Below the pieces are notes generated by a model. That model made no database searches and had not been told where the DNA came from. It saw only the letters and a program-made list of their open reading frames with translations. A stretch of DNA of 64,000 bases from a virus (lineage: Duplodnaviria > Heunggongvirae > Uroviricota > Caudoviricetes). The stretch lies in the IMG/VR virus record IMGVR_UViG_3300033069_001798, positions 1-64,000 of that record. The stretch is one strand, 5' to 3'. Of the stretch, positions 46,830 to 55,683 are shown piece by piece. The position numbers and the translations under genes are program-made. Numbering within the stretch: position 1 is the stretch's first letter; each line of letters begins with the position of its first letter.

Positions 46830-47905
46830 AGTTGCTTGATCTTCTGAATCACTTCTGCGTAATCTGACACGAAGGGTGAATCTTTCGGGATTCCAGCTTC
46901 AATAGCAACTTTGACTTGAGCTTGCAAGTTCTTCACGTAGAAGAGCATCATAGACTTCTTCACGTTTGACAGCAGCTGGGCCTCGAGCTGCTGGCGCTCT
47001 TCGGGTTTCAAGTTATTGAGCTTCTCAGATCCCTTCACCTTCTTGCCCAACTTTGTCTCGAGCTCCTGGATGCTCTTTGCAGTCAGGACGGCTTCGGCTT
47101 GCTGAAGAACGCTGCTCAACGTCTTCTTGATGATCTCTCTAGAAACAGCTTGCAGCTTGCGAGCTCGATCAGATTCTAGAGCTTTCGCTACTAGCTTCTT
47201 GTTCGTCACAACTTGGCCGATCGGCGGGAGCTTCTTCTTTTTCTTCCCTTTGCCGTCTTCATGAAGAGCCCCTTCGCCAAAGAAGCCACCGGGCATCGGA
47301 TCAGCAACGTAACCACCAGAAGGAGACATCGGTCCGTGCGGGGCAGAGTACCCACCGCCACTCTTCTTGTAAGCGTTTTTGATTCCCTTCACAGTCGTAG
47401 CCAAAGAACCACCAGACAGAACGTTCATCAAGTGAAGAGCTGATCCTGGCGACTTTGCAGCCGCCAAGCCTGTCATCACGTAACCCGGGTACGCAAAGAA
47501 AGCGCAAAGAGCAATGTCATTGTTGCGAAATGCATCCCAAGTCGCTTCGTACACATCGTTATACTCTGACTTGATCTTCGCAAGAGCATCTTTCTCTTCA
47601 TCAAAGATCTCTTTGAACTCGGTTGTCAACCACGGGATGATCGACACCATGAAAGCTTCAAATGAGACCTTGAACAGAGTTTGAGCTCGCTTGCTGACTT
47701 CTTTCGTCTTGCCAGCAGCAACTTGCACAACGTCAACGAACGGCTTAACAAACGTTGAATAAAGAGCATCTTGTGAAGCAAAATGTGCTCCGAAAGGCAT
47801 CATGTCGTACGCAGCACCCATCATGCCACCGTACCCATCATCCTCTTTCAGGATCTCTCTTATGTACTCACGTAGGATCCTTTTGCTGCGTTGGCTTTTC
47901 ATCAC
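46826..47905 (-). CDS. Hypothetical protein (359 aa) with strong leader motif
   Basis: MMKSQRSKRILREYIREILKEDDGYGG... Confidence 0.6.
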   Translation of the reverse strand: MMKSQRSKRILREYIREILKEDDGYGGMMGAAYDMMPFGAHFASQDALYSTFVKPFVDVVQVAAGKTKEVSKRAQTLFKVSFEAFMVSIIPWLTTEFKEIFDEEKDALAKIKSEYNDVYEATWDAFRNNDIALCAFFAYPGYVMTGLAAAKSPGSALHLMNVLSGGSLATTVKGIKNAYKKSGGGYSAPHGPMSPSGGYVADPMPGGFFGEGALHEDGKGKKKKKLPPIGQVVTNKKLVAKALESDRARKLQAVSREIIKKTLSSVLQQAEAVLTAKSIQELETKLGKKVKGSEKLNNLKPEERQQLEAQLLSNVKKSMMLFYVKNLQAQVKVAIEAGIPKDSPFVSDYAEVIQKIKQL

Positions 47906-48155
47906 CCTTAAATATGACCTTGCGGCCAGACAATTCCGACCAACGTGCAGCCAATGCTCTATCTACCTTTGTGATGACGCGCTTCTTAAGCACAGGATCG
48001 TAAGAATTCAACGCAGGCCTCATCTCAACGCGCATGTTGAGCAGCAACTGCTTCTTTATTGCCGACCATTCGTCAAGAAAACCAGCGTAACGGAAGACAT
48101 CAATGACAACTTGATCGTACTCAGGATCAAGCTCATCGCTGTCTTCATCATCCAT
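47868..48155 (-). CDS. Hypothetical acidic protein
   Basis: ATG 48155 (MDDEDSDELD..). The track start 48197 would overlap the Nudix gene by 50 nt. Confidence 0.45.
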   Translation of the reverse strand: MDDEDSDELDPEYDQVVIDVFRYAGFLDEWSAIKKQLLLNMRVEMRPALNSYDPVLKKRVITKVDRALAARWSELSGRKVIFKGDEKPTQQKDPT

Positions 48156-48603
48156 GCTGAGAGCTCCAGATTGCCTTGATCGCCTCGATACCTTCATGGA
48201 TGACTGACTCCTGGTACCGAACGAGACCCGGCAGCTCTGAAACCTTGAACCACCGAACGTCTGCTACTTCCGAATCTGGATCGCTGGCGTCTGGGTGGTT
48301 GTCGCACGTCTGCACGGCCAAGTAAGTCACAACTGTCTTCTCTTCCTTCTTGTAAGAAGCCAGCGTGTCAGTCAATCGCATCCCGAGCTCAACGTCGATG
48401 CCAGTTTCCTCTTTGGTCTCGCGGATCGCGCACTTCTCGATTGTTTCGCCAGGATTGATGTGACCCTTGGGTACGCCCCAATTTCCCTTCTTGGAAAATT
48501 GCTTCACCAAGAGGATCTCGGTATCAATCCACTGCGGCGCCAACCGGTACGTCAACGTTCCGCAGGACGTCGTCTTAACAATAGACTTCTTCTTGCCGCT
48601 CAT
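48148..48603 (-). CDS. Nudix hydrolase
   Basis: Nudix box GVPKGHINPGETIEKCAIRETKEETG. ATG 48603 (MSGKKKSIV) is preceded by TATCAT. Confidence 0.8.
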   Translation of the reverse strand: MSGKKKSIVKTTSCGTLTYRLAPQWIDTEILLVKQFSKKGNWGVPKGHINPGETIEKCAIRETKEETGIDVELGMRLTDTLASYKKEEKTVVTYLAVQTCDNHPDASDPDSEVADVRWFKVSELPGLVRYQESVIHEGIEAIKAIWSSQHG

Positions 48604-48672
48604 GCTCCTATGATACACCAAGCATGGGTAATTGAACACTGCATGCTCCGCGAGCTACGATACTTAAGAAGC

Positions 48673-49305
48673 ATGCAAATTGGTCTCATCGCCGCCGCAG
48701 GGAAACCTCTGCACGCAGGTCACTATGGTCTGATACAGATCGCCGCTAGTGAAAACGACATCGTGAAGCTTTTCGTTTCAACCAGCGACCGGAAGCGACC
48801 AGGCGAGCTTCCCATACTTGGCAGCGACATGCTGCGCATCTGGAAAGAGCACCTCGAAGCAATCATGCCAGAGAACGTTGAGATAACGTACGGCGGATCA
48901 CCCATCGCAAACATCTGGAAAGTCTTGGGCGAAGCTAACGAGTCTGGTAACATGGACGACACTTTCACAGTGTATGCAGACCCTGACGACCTTGCCACGA
49001 ACTTCCCAGAAAAATCACTTAATAAGTACGCTGGAAACCTTTGGAACAATAAGAAGATTATTCTAAAGCCCATCCAGAGGACACAGACGGTGGATGTAAG
49101 CGGTACCAAGATGCGTAGCTACTTGGCCGCAGGCGACAAGGCTTCTTTCGTCAAGAACTTGCCTCCTGGCGTCGATGGTGAAGCCATCTGGAACATCCTC
49201 AGCAAGCAGACCACCGAAGCGCTGCTGAAGAGCTGGATAAGCTTGCTTATCGGCTTACGTAAGGGTCCCCAAGGCAGCGCAAGCGAGAAGCGTGGCAAGC
49301 CTTGA
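48673..49305 (+). CDS. HxGH nucleotidyltransferase, NMN/NaMN adenylyltransferase-like
   Basis: ATG 48673 inside track ORF 48295..49305. GKPLHAGHYGLI (the (T/H)xGH motif) and VSGTKMRSYL (ISSTxxR-like). The 3' end overlaps convergent ORF 49119..50642 by 187 nt, so one of the two ends is uncertain. Confidence 0.6.
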   Translation: MQIGLIAAAGKPLHAGHYGLIQIAASENDIVKLFVSTSDRKRPGELPILGSDMLRIWKEHLEAIMPENVEITYGGSPIANIWKVLGEANESGNMDDTFTVYADPDDLATNFPEKSLNKYAGNLWNNKKIILKPIQRTQTVDVSGTKMRSYLAAGDKASFVKNLPPGVDGEAIWNILSKQTTEALLKSWISLLIGLRKGPQGSASEKRGKP

Positions 49306-50642
49306 GACACGATCTCAAACTTGAACGCTTTCCTGAACATGGACCGCGGTACCATGAGGAACCCGTTTCGGTTCACGATGAAGACGCCGTCAACGTGCTC
49401 GAAGACGTTGTCAATGTTGATGGAGTTGAACCACTCGTTGAAGAACTCGCTTGGATCATCGAACGCAGCATCTTTCAACGTTGAGAACAGAAGCTCAAAC
49501 TTCTCGAAGCCAGTGAGGACGCTCTTGTCCCCCGTAGCGCGCTCAACGCGCTTTGCAACGTCGATGAACGTTGGCTTGTCAACCTTGACTTCTTTGTCGT
49601 TCAAGGATATCCTTGTGTCGACTGGCGCTGTGCCATGATCGTGATCGATACCACTGTGATCGTGCTTGAACTTTTGTATCGACTTCAGGATTCCTCTGAA
49701 CGCAATGAACCTATCGCGGCCGATCTCGCCTTTCTCAACGATCATCTCGTAATCGTCTTCAACGAAGACTTTCACGAAAGAGATCATGTTAGCTTCTGAT
49801 TCTGACAAGTCGCCTTTCTCAAAGAAGCCTGGCCTGCGAGCAAGAGCAACAAAGTTCTTGATCTGCGTCATGATCGAGATGAGGCGCTTTCGTGGTTTGG
49901 CAAAAGCAGCTCTTCCCTCTGTACCTGGACGAATCATTGAACCAGCACCGTCCAAAGCTTTCACTTCCCACGAGCGTCCGTCAACAGTGACGATATCGTA
50001 AGGAACTTTTCCACCTTGCATCTGACCGCCGAGGATGAACTCGAGCCATTCTTCGCCCGGACCCATCGTGCGACCAACCTCGTCACCAGAGGATCCAGCT
50101 CCGGCTTTCGCTGAACCAAACGACTTACCAGACTTCTTCACTTCTTTCGGCCACGTGTACCACTTCAATGGCATCACGTCGTCGATCGACATGTAAACCT
50201 TCTTCTTCGGCGGTGGGAGCTGCTTGTCGAAAGATTTCTCTGCCTTTGGTGCTTTTGAACGAACGTAACCACGAAGCTCAGCGTTGTACTCTGAGTACTC
50301 TTGCTCGGCTTTCTTAAGAGCATCTTCAAGCGTCTTTCGTTGCTTCGCAGCTAGCTTTGGATCGTAGGTGTACTGTGGGTTGTCCTTCAACCTCTTCTTC
50401 GCCGTGTCTGGCGTTACGCCCATCTCTTTAGCTTTGGCGAACAGAGCTTCTTTCTTCTTTTGGTTATCATCCCACGCAACAAGATCAGCTTGTGCAGCCT
50501 CGTAACGTTCTTTTGCTGCGACTTCCTGAGCATCGTACTCAGAACCAACTTTAAACTCAGATTCATTGATGAACTTTTTGATCAATGATCGTAGTTGCTG
50601 TTCAACAACTACTGCATTCAGTCTCGCTCTTAGGTTCATCAT
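49119..50642 (-). CDS. Hypothetical protein (507 aa) with leader-type N-terminus and a possible PD-(D/E)xK motif
   Basis: MMNLRARLNAVVVEQQLRSLIKKFINESE... VPYDIVTVDGRSWEVKALDG resembles the D..(E/D)xK nuclease core. Confidence 0.5.
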   Translation of the reverse strand: MMNLRARLNAVVVEQQLRSLIKKFINESEFKVGSEYDAQEVAAKERYEAAQADLVAWDDNQKKKEALFAKAKEMGVTPDTAKKRLKDNPQYTYDPKLAAKQRKTLEDALKKAEQEYSEYNAELRGYVRSKAPKAEKSFDKQLPPPKKKVYMSIDDVMPLKWYTWPKEVKKSGKSFGSAKAGAGSSGDEVGRTMGPGEEWLEFILGGQMQGGKVPYDIVTVDGRSWEVKALDGAGSMIRPGTEGRAAFAKPRKRLISIMTQIKNFVALARRPGFFEKGDLSESEANMISFVKVFVEDDYEMIVEKGEIGRDRFIAFRGILKSIQKFKHDHSGIDHDHGTAPVDTRISLNDKEVKVDKPTFIDVAKRVERATGDKSVLTGFEKFELLFSTLKDAAFDDPSEFFNEWFNSINIDNVFEHVDGVFIVNRNGFLMVPRSMFRKAFKFEIVSQGLPRFSLALPWGPLRKPISKLIQLFSSASVVCLLRMFQMASPSTPGGKFLTKEALSPAAK

Positions 50643-50656
50643 GTTTTCTTAAATAT

Positions 50657-52774
50657 TTAGAGACCCACAACAGATTTCACGTAATTGAGCATAACATTTA
50701 CGTTATCACCAAACATCTCAGGACGTTGAGCAGCTTGTTCTTTTACTTCAACTACAAATGCAGACAAGATCTTGTCTGCAATCGCTCGAAGCTTCGATCT
50801 TCTCAGAACTTCGACCAAGTCTTCAAATTTTGCAATGTCTGATGACTTGAAACCCTTGCCAAACATCATAGTAGTTATAGTATCCGGATCGTCAGACACA
50901 AATTCTCTTGAAAGTGTTTTCCAATCCTTGAGTGGTTTCTTGGGATCTTTTCCCCTCTTGGTCTGGACGACTTTGTACAAACCCTTGTCGAAGTCAACAA
51001 CGTAACGTGTACGATCTAGATCATCTTGCGTTGCATCTCTAAACTCTAGCGTTGAAGCAAACCTGTTGATAACGTTCAAAAGGATGTTTCTCACCACGCC
51101 CTTGACGCCAGAATAATCTTTGTGTCCTTTCGTTGGCGATGTTCCAAATCTCGACCATGTAAGATAACTAACGTTGCCAATCATCACGTCAACTTGAACG
51201 TTGACGCCCGAAGACGTGCCGGACAACGGATAGCTGATAGAAACAATGTTTGATCCAACCTTATCAACAGACTCAGCACCAAACATGTCAGATGCATAGC
51301 TGAACAGCTCTTCTCTAGTGCCGTCAAACTCTACAGCAACATCAATATCACCCATGATTGGTTTCTTTCCAGTTGAACCAACGGGTGCTACGTTCTTGCA
51401 ACCCATATCCTGAAGATCTTGGACGAGAGTTGGCCATAGGGCTTTGAAATCTTCGACGGAGATCGGGCGAACGCTATCGAAAGCGTGACCTCCTTCAACT
51501 ATGAATCGTGATTCGCCCAAGTCCATCTTGGGTATACCTTTGCGCCCGTACTTAAAGAGAGATAGGATCTGATGAACGGGAGCAAATGCACCAGTGAACT
51601 TATATGCATTTCCTTTGTAAAAGAAGACAATGCCTTCCATTGCAGCGTTGATGTTATCAACTGAACCAAGGCGGCTCATCTCTTTCTGCAATATCTCCAT
51701 CGCAGCGACGTTACCAGAAGCCTTGATCGCAGAAATTGCTTTGTTAACTTGTGCTTTGATCCTGCTAACTTCTTCATCAGACTTTGCTATCAACGTAGAT
51801 GAAACGCCGTTTAGAACACCGATCGCAAACTCATTGATCGCTGACTCGATGGGAAGCATCATGTTCTTCACCATCACTTCAGATGCTTTCACAAATTCAA
51901 CAGCGGCTGCAGCATCACTTGGCGTCTTTGACATCTTCTTCAGCTGAGGAATTCCAGGAGCGCCTGGTGCTTCAATAGCTCGCTCGATGCATGCTGCTTT
52001 CAGTTCTGGCGACATCTTGTAGTTTGAAATTTCATCGCGCAAGAGCGACCTAAGGTAGTCATAGATTGTTGCGTTATCATCAACACCTGCTGCGGCTTGA
52101 GCAGCTTCGATCTTTTCAATAGCAGACCTTGCGATAGTACCATCTGACAGCTGCTTCAAGTTAAGCAACGAAGGACCACGAATTCGCCAATCTTTCATGC
52201 TCAGAGCTCGTTGCATCTGCTCAATCTTTGACGTAAGCAACGTTATGCCAGAATCATCATCATCTTGCGAAATACTACCATCACTATCAACTTTAAAGAT
52301 TGGCCAACCATGAAAAACTATGTTGTTTGTATCGTAGTTGATCGTATTTGGATCCGGTGCGTATATGATCTCAATAGAGTACCATCGATTACCGCGAGGC
52401 CCAAAAATTTTCTTTCGTGCCGGGGGTGGTAGAGCGGACAGTGAATCATTTAGAACTTTGAATGCTGAGTTGAACGCAAGCTCAACATTTCCTCTACCGA
52501 AGAATTTCTTAGCAAGAGCGCTTGCATCCATACCACCAGTCTTGATGTCAGAGCCGTTCCTGGCCGTCTTCAACTGTTCAGAGTTTACATCGTAAGTAAA
52601 GACAAGGTTCATGCCGTCAAGCTTTTCAGACACCTTTTCAAGCTTTCCTTCAGCCGCGCTTGTGATAACGTCTTTGATTTCACCAAACGTAAGCTCAAGA
52701 TTTTCAGCGAGATGTTGCAGATGCCCGACGGCACCACCTTCATTGACGTAATTCTTTTTCGACGCTCTTAGCAT
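50657..52774 (-). CDS. Ligase-like (KxDG) nucleotidyltransferase fused to a Pol-beta-type NTase domain
   Basis: N-terminal region GGAVGHLQHL..SEKLDGMNLVF (motif I-like). C-terminal half VAPVGSTGKKPIMGDIDVAV (GS..DxD NTase signature). Confidence 0.45.
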   Translation of the reverse strand: MLRASKKNYVNEGGAVGHLQHLAENLELTFGEIKDVITSAAEGKLEKVSEKLDGMNLVFTYDVNSEQLKTARNGSDIKTGGMDASALAKKFFGRGNVELAFNSAFKVLNDSLSALPPPARKKIFGPRGNRWYSIEIIYAPDPNTINYDTNNIVFHGWPIFKVDSDGSISQDDDDSGITLLTSKIEQMQRALSMKDWRIRGPSLLNLKQLSDGTIARSAIEKIEAAQAAAGVDDNATIYDYLRSLLRDEISNYKMSPELKAACIERAIEAPGAPGIPQLKKMSKTPSDAAAAVEFVKASEVMVKNMMLPIESAINEFAIGVLNGVSSTLIAKSDEEVSRIKAQVNKAISAIKASGNVAAMEILQKEMSRLGSVDNINAAMEGIVFFYKGNAYKFTGAFAPVHQILSLFKYGRKGIPKMDLGESRFIVEGGHAFDSVRPISVEDFKALWPTLVQDLQDMGCKNVAPVGSTGKKPIMGDIDVAVEFDGTREELFSYASDMFGAESVDKVGSNIVSISYPLSGTSSGVNVQVDVMIGNVSYLTWSRFGTSPTKGHKDYSGVKGVVRNILLNVINRFASTLEFRDATQDDLDRTRYVVDFDKGLYKVVQTKRGKDPKKPLKDWKTLSREFVSDDPDTITTMMFGKGFKSSDIAKFEDLVEVLRRSKLRAIADKILSAFVVEVKEQAAQRPEMFGDNVNVMLNYVKSVVGL

Positions 52775-53030
52775 TTTGAAGCTTCTCAGCCTTTCTCTTT
52801 GCAGACGCTAGCTCTCCACGAAGACGTTGCACAAGTCGAGCGTAGTTGGCTCGAGCTTCTGAACCTTTCTTCTGACGATCGCGCCACTTGATGAGGTCTT
52901 CGATCCTGGCTTCAAGATCTCTGATGTGCTTCTTTGACCCGTGCGGCACTCTTGAGCCGTCAGAAACATCAGCCTCTCTAACCTTGCTCTCAACAACGAG
53001 CTTGATGTATTCTTTAAGATCGTCATCCAT
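52740..53030 (-). CDS. Small coiled-coil protein with leader-type N-terminus
   Basis: MDDDLKEYIKLVVESKVRE... Confidence 0.5.
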   Translation of the reverse strand: MDDDLKEYIKLVVESKVREADVSDGSRVPHGSKKHIRDLEARIEDLIKWRDRQKKGSEARANYARLVQRLRGELASAKRKAEKLQNAKSVEKELRQ

Positions 53031-53241
53031 CCTTCATCTCTTTCTCGGCTTTGTCAAGCGCTGTCGATACCGCGCCCCAGATGAACATCCTCATGTGATC
53101 GTCAGTGACAGTTTCTGACTTGTCGATCTGAAACTGGTAACGAATTCTGTCAAGTAGCTCTTGGGTGATCTTGATCTCGAGCGTGCCGCCCTTGGGAAGC
53201 GTGATCGATCGCGTTTCGATAAAGTTTTCGTTGTTTTCCAT
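53023..53241 (-). CDS. Hypothetical protein (72 aa)
   Basis: ORF only. Confidence 0.45.
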   Translation of the reverse strand: MENNENFIETRSITLPKGGTLEIKITQELLDRIRYQFQIDKSETVTDDHMRMFIWGAVSTALDKAEKEMKDG

Positions 53242-53274
53242 GACACCCTCATACTACAACGCGATCGCAGTAAT

Positions 53275-53877
53275 TTATAACTTCTTCTTCGGCGTGATGG
53301 GTGTAGGACCTGACGTATTTTCAGCACCAGAGTCTTTGTTGACCTTGGGTGTCTGGGATACGATGACGTTGGGCTTGATGTGCTTCGTCTTCGGACCCTT
53401 CTCCATCTTCACGTCTGACGGCTTGTCGCCTGGATCTGCTGCATCTTGTGCTGCGACCTCGCCAGTTACGATCTGCGCGATTCCTTTCAAGAACGCTAGA
53501 AGTGCTGTTTTCTCCGCAGATGACAACGAGTTGATGTACTGCTCCATCGCAGACGCAACTTTCTCATCTCTAAATGAGTGACCCGATCTTATGGTGTTGA
53601 GCTTCTCAATGACGTCGGTGTGATCGATGTCACCACTCTCCATCTCGCTCTTCTCGTCTTCAGCCGTCTTTGAACCGTGACTCTTTTCATCTTGTGAATC
53701 TGCTGGCGGAGATGGTGCCGGATCTGGAGCGTTTGAAGCCATAGCGTCTTGCTTCTCTTTCTCCTGAAGTGACTTCTGGTACAGCCCCGCCTTGACGCTC
53801 TCGCTGATGACAGCGTCCAAGAGTTTACCAAGGCTACGTCCCGTAGTTATCTTGACGTTATTTTTCATGTAAACCAC
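53275..53877 (-). CDS. Hypothetical acidic/Pro-rich protein with leader-type N-terminus
   Basis: ..MKNNVKITTGRSLGKLLDAVISESVKAG... Confidence 0.5.
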   Translation of the reverse strand: MVYMKNNVKITTGRSLGKLLDAVISESVKAGLYQKSLQEKEKQDAMASNAPDPAPSPPADSQDEKSHGSKTAEDEKSEMESGDIDHTDVIEKLNTIRSGHSFRDEKVASAMEQYINSLSSAEKTALLAFLKGIAQIVTGEVAAQDAADPGDKPSDVKMEKGPKTKHIKPNVIVSQTPKVNKDSGAENTSGPTPITPKKKL

Positions 53878-54118
53878 CGAACCTGGTTCTGTTCAACGGA
53901 CGCTCTTGGTGACGACGAGCTCTTTCTCTCTGAGGGGAATCGACGACTTTTTTCCTTGGACTAACTCGCGATTCTTTCAGAACGATAGAGTCCATGAACT
54001 TGTCAAACGTGTAACCTTCGTTGACATCATCGTGCAGGAGCTTTCCAGTTCCATCGCACTTCTCGCAGTCGCCGCCAGCACCATCGCAATCAGTGCAATC
54101 TTCTTCGATCTTCTCCAT
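53858..54118 (-). CDS. Small DnaJ-type zinc-finger protein
   Basis: CTDCDGAGGDCEKCDGTGK (two CxxCxGxG repeats). Confidence 0.5.
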   Translation of the reverse strand: MEKIEEDCTDCDGAGGDCEKCDGTGKLLHDDVNEGYTFDKFMDSIVLKESRVSPRKKVVDSPQRERARRHQERPLNRTRFGGLHEK

Positions 54119-54121
54119 AGC

Positions 54122-54541
54122 TCATCCTCGCATGTAAATAGGTAACTCTCCTTGCAACTTAACGAGCAAGGTGCACATTCGGCGCGTGTAATCTATCGCT
54201 TCTATCCTGACAGCCGATATCGTCAGCGGACCTTCGATGCTCATCCCGCCGTTCTCATCACCGGAGATCTCTAGGCTTGCGATCTTGTACAACGTGAAGT
54301 TCTTTAGCGTTGTGAAACCGTCTTCTAGCAAAGTTGAAACTTCAACTTCAATGTGTTCATCCAGAAGGATGCTGCTCAACGTTCCAACGATAGATTTCTC
54401 TTCGTCATCTTTCACGTTGATGCGACATATGATGTACGCTGGAGGGTCTACTGTGACACCTTCAATGACTGCATCATTGAGCACGTCAGACATCAGAACA
54501 CGCGACGTGTCTGCTCGAATTGTCATCTCTTTGTCTCTCAT
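54122..54541 (-). CDS. Hypothetical protein (139 aa)
   Basis: ORF only. Confidence 0.5.
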   Translation of the reverse strand: MRDKEMTIRADTSRVLMSDVLNDAVIEGVTVDPPAYIICRINVKDDEEKSIVGTLSSILLDEHIEVEVSTLLEDGFTTLKNFTLYKIASLEISGDENGGMSIEGPLTISAVRIEAIDYTRRMCTLLVKLQGELPIYMRG

Positions 54542-54556
54542 GGAGACAAATTTACA

Positions 54557-54931
54557 TCACGAGATGGGCGTAGTAACGATATCTTTGTACGCAGTATCGG
54601 CGTAGGATGCGTACTCTTTGTCAAGCTCTGTCACTTGATCTATGTCGTGCGTTATGAGACGAACATTGACAGAATCACCTACTACGGTGATGTTAGCATT
54701 GTGACCCACTTCTTCTTCGTACTCAAGCAACGCGTAGAGGAACGGGTTGCGATCTTCTTTCCTCTTGAACGTGTATGTCTTCGTGATCGATCCATCATCG
54801 CACTTCTCCCAGCGATTCATCGCAACGAGAGGTGCATCAGGTTCACGAGCAGAGATAGGAAGCTTGCCGAACGTCATGGGACGATCAGCCATTTTCATGA
54901 ACTGCTCGTGAAGCTTTTGTAGCTGTTTCAT
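54557..54931 (-). CDS. Pterin-4a-carbinolamine dehydratase (PCD/DCoH)-like protein
   Basis: ..EEEVGHNANITVVGDSVNVRLITHDIDQVTELDKEYA.. follows the PCD H-H-P..V.V.L.TH pattern. Confidence 0.45.
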   Translation of the reverse strand: MKQLQKLHEQFMKMADRPMTFGKLPISAREPDAPLVAMNRWEKCDDGSITKTYTFKRKEDRNPFLYALLEYEEEVGHNANITVVGDSVNVRLITHDIDQVTELDKEYASYADTAYKDIVTTPIS

Positions 54932-55683
54932 ATGATGATCATCCCACCGACGATCGCTGCTTCTGTGAAGCTCGATCCGTGGGTGTATATGCGACGTTCG
55001 CGATCAATGATCGCAGATCCACCTTTGTACTTCAGATCGCGCTCGGTGCCAACTCTGTTTGACACAATGACATTTGCCCTTGTGTCTTCAACAAGCTCAA
55101 CCCAGGCTGAATCTGGGTACCCATAGGCGCCGCCCCAGTTCGTCAGAAGAGCAATCATGTCAACAGAGCCTTTGCTGTAAAATTTCTGCCCAGGCTTGTA
55201 AAAAGCGTACGATTCTCTGTAGTGATTCATTGCATCCCTGCAAACTAGCGCTCCCAGCCGACCGACTGGCGTCACGACTAGTGCATGAAGGGCTTCTGAG
55301 GGCTGCGCCCAAATGTTGTCATTACCCCATAGGTTGCTTTTCTGCGAATTCCCTGCGAGGCCCGAGGGACCCACGATGGCCGCTGAGTTGTACAGCTTAC
55401 CTTCATAGAGCTCCGGGTAGCCAAAGACAATGTAGCAGTTGTAACGATTGGCAATTGGGATGAACGCTTCTGTCTGATACCCATCACGTTCCTGAGCACA
55501 CTCCATTGCTTCACGAGGAGATCGCAACGCAAACCCAGAAGTGCAAAGCTCAGGCAGAACGATGACACGGGCACCTTTCGCCGCGGCTTCGAAAGCTAGT
55601 TCAGTAGCAACAGCCAGATTCTTCTGGACGTTGAGCAGCTCTGGGTTGAACTGCGCCGCGGCAACTATTGCTACGTCGTTCAT
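54928..55683 (-). CDS. Carbon-nitrogen hydrolase (nitrilase superfamily)
   Basis: VIVLPELCTSGF (Glu), ..K.., GALVCRDAMN (Cys) catalytic-triad context. Confidence 0.75.
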   Translation of the reverse strand: MNDVAIVAAAQFNPELLNVQKNLAVATELAFEAAAKGARVIVLPELCTSGFALRSPREAMECAQERDGYQTEAFIPIANRYNCYIVFGYPELYEGKLYNSAAIVGPSGLAGNSQKSNLWGNDNIWAQPSEALHALVVTPVGRLGALVCRDAMNHYRESYAFYKPGQKFYSKGSVDMIALLTNWGGAYGYPDSAWVELVEDTRANVIVSNRVGTERDLKYKGGSAIIDRERRIYTHGSSFTEAAIVGGMIII

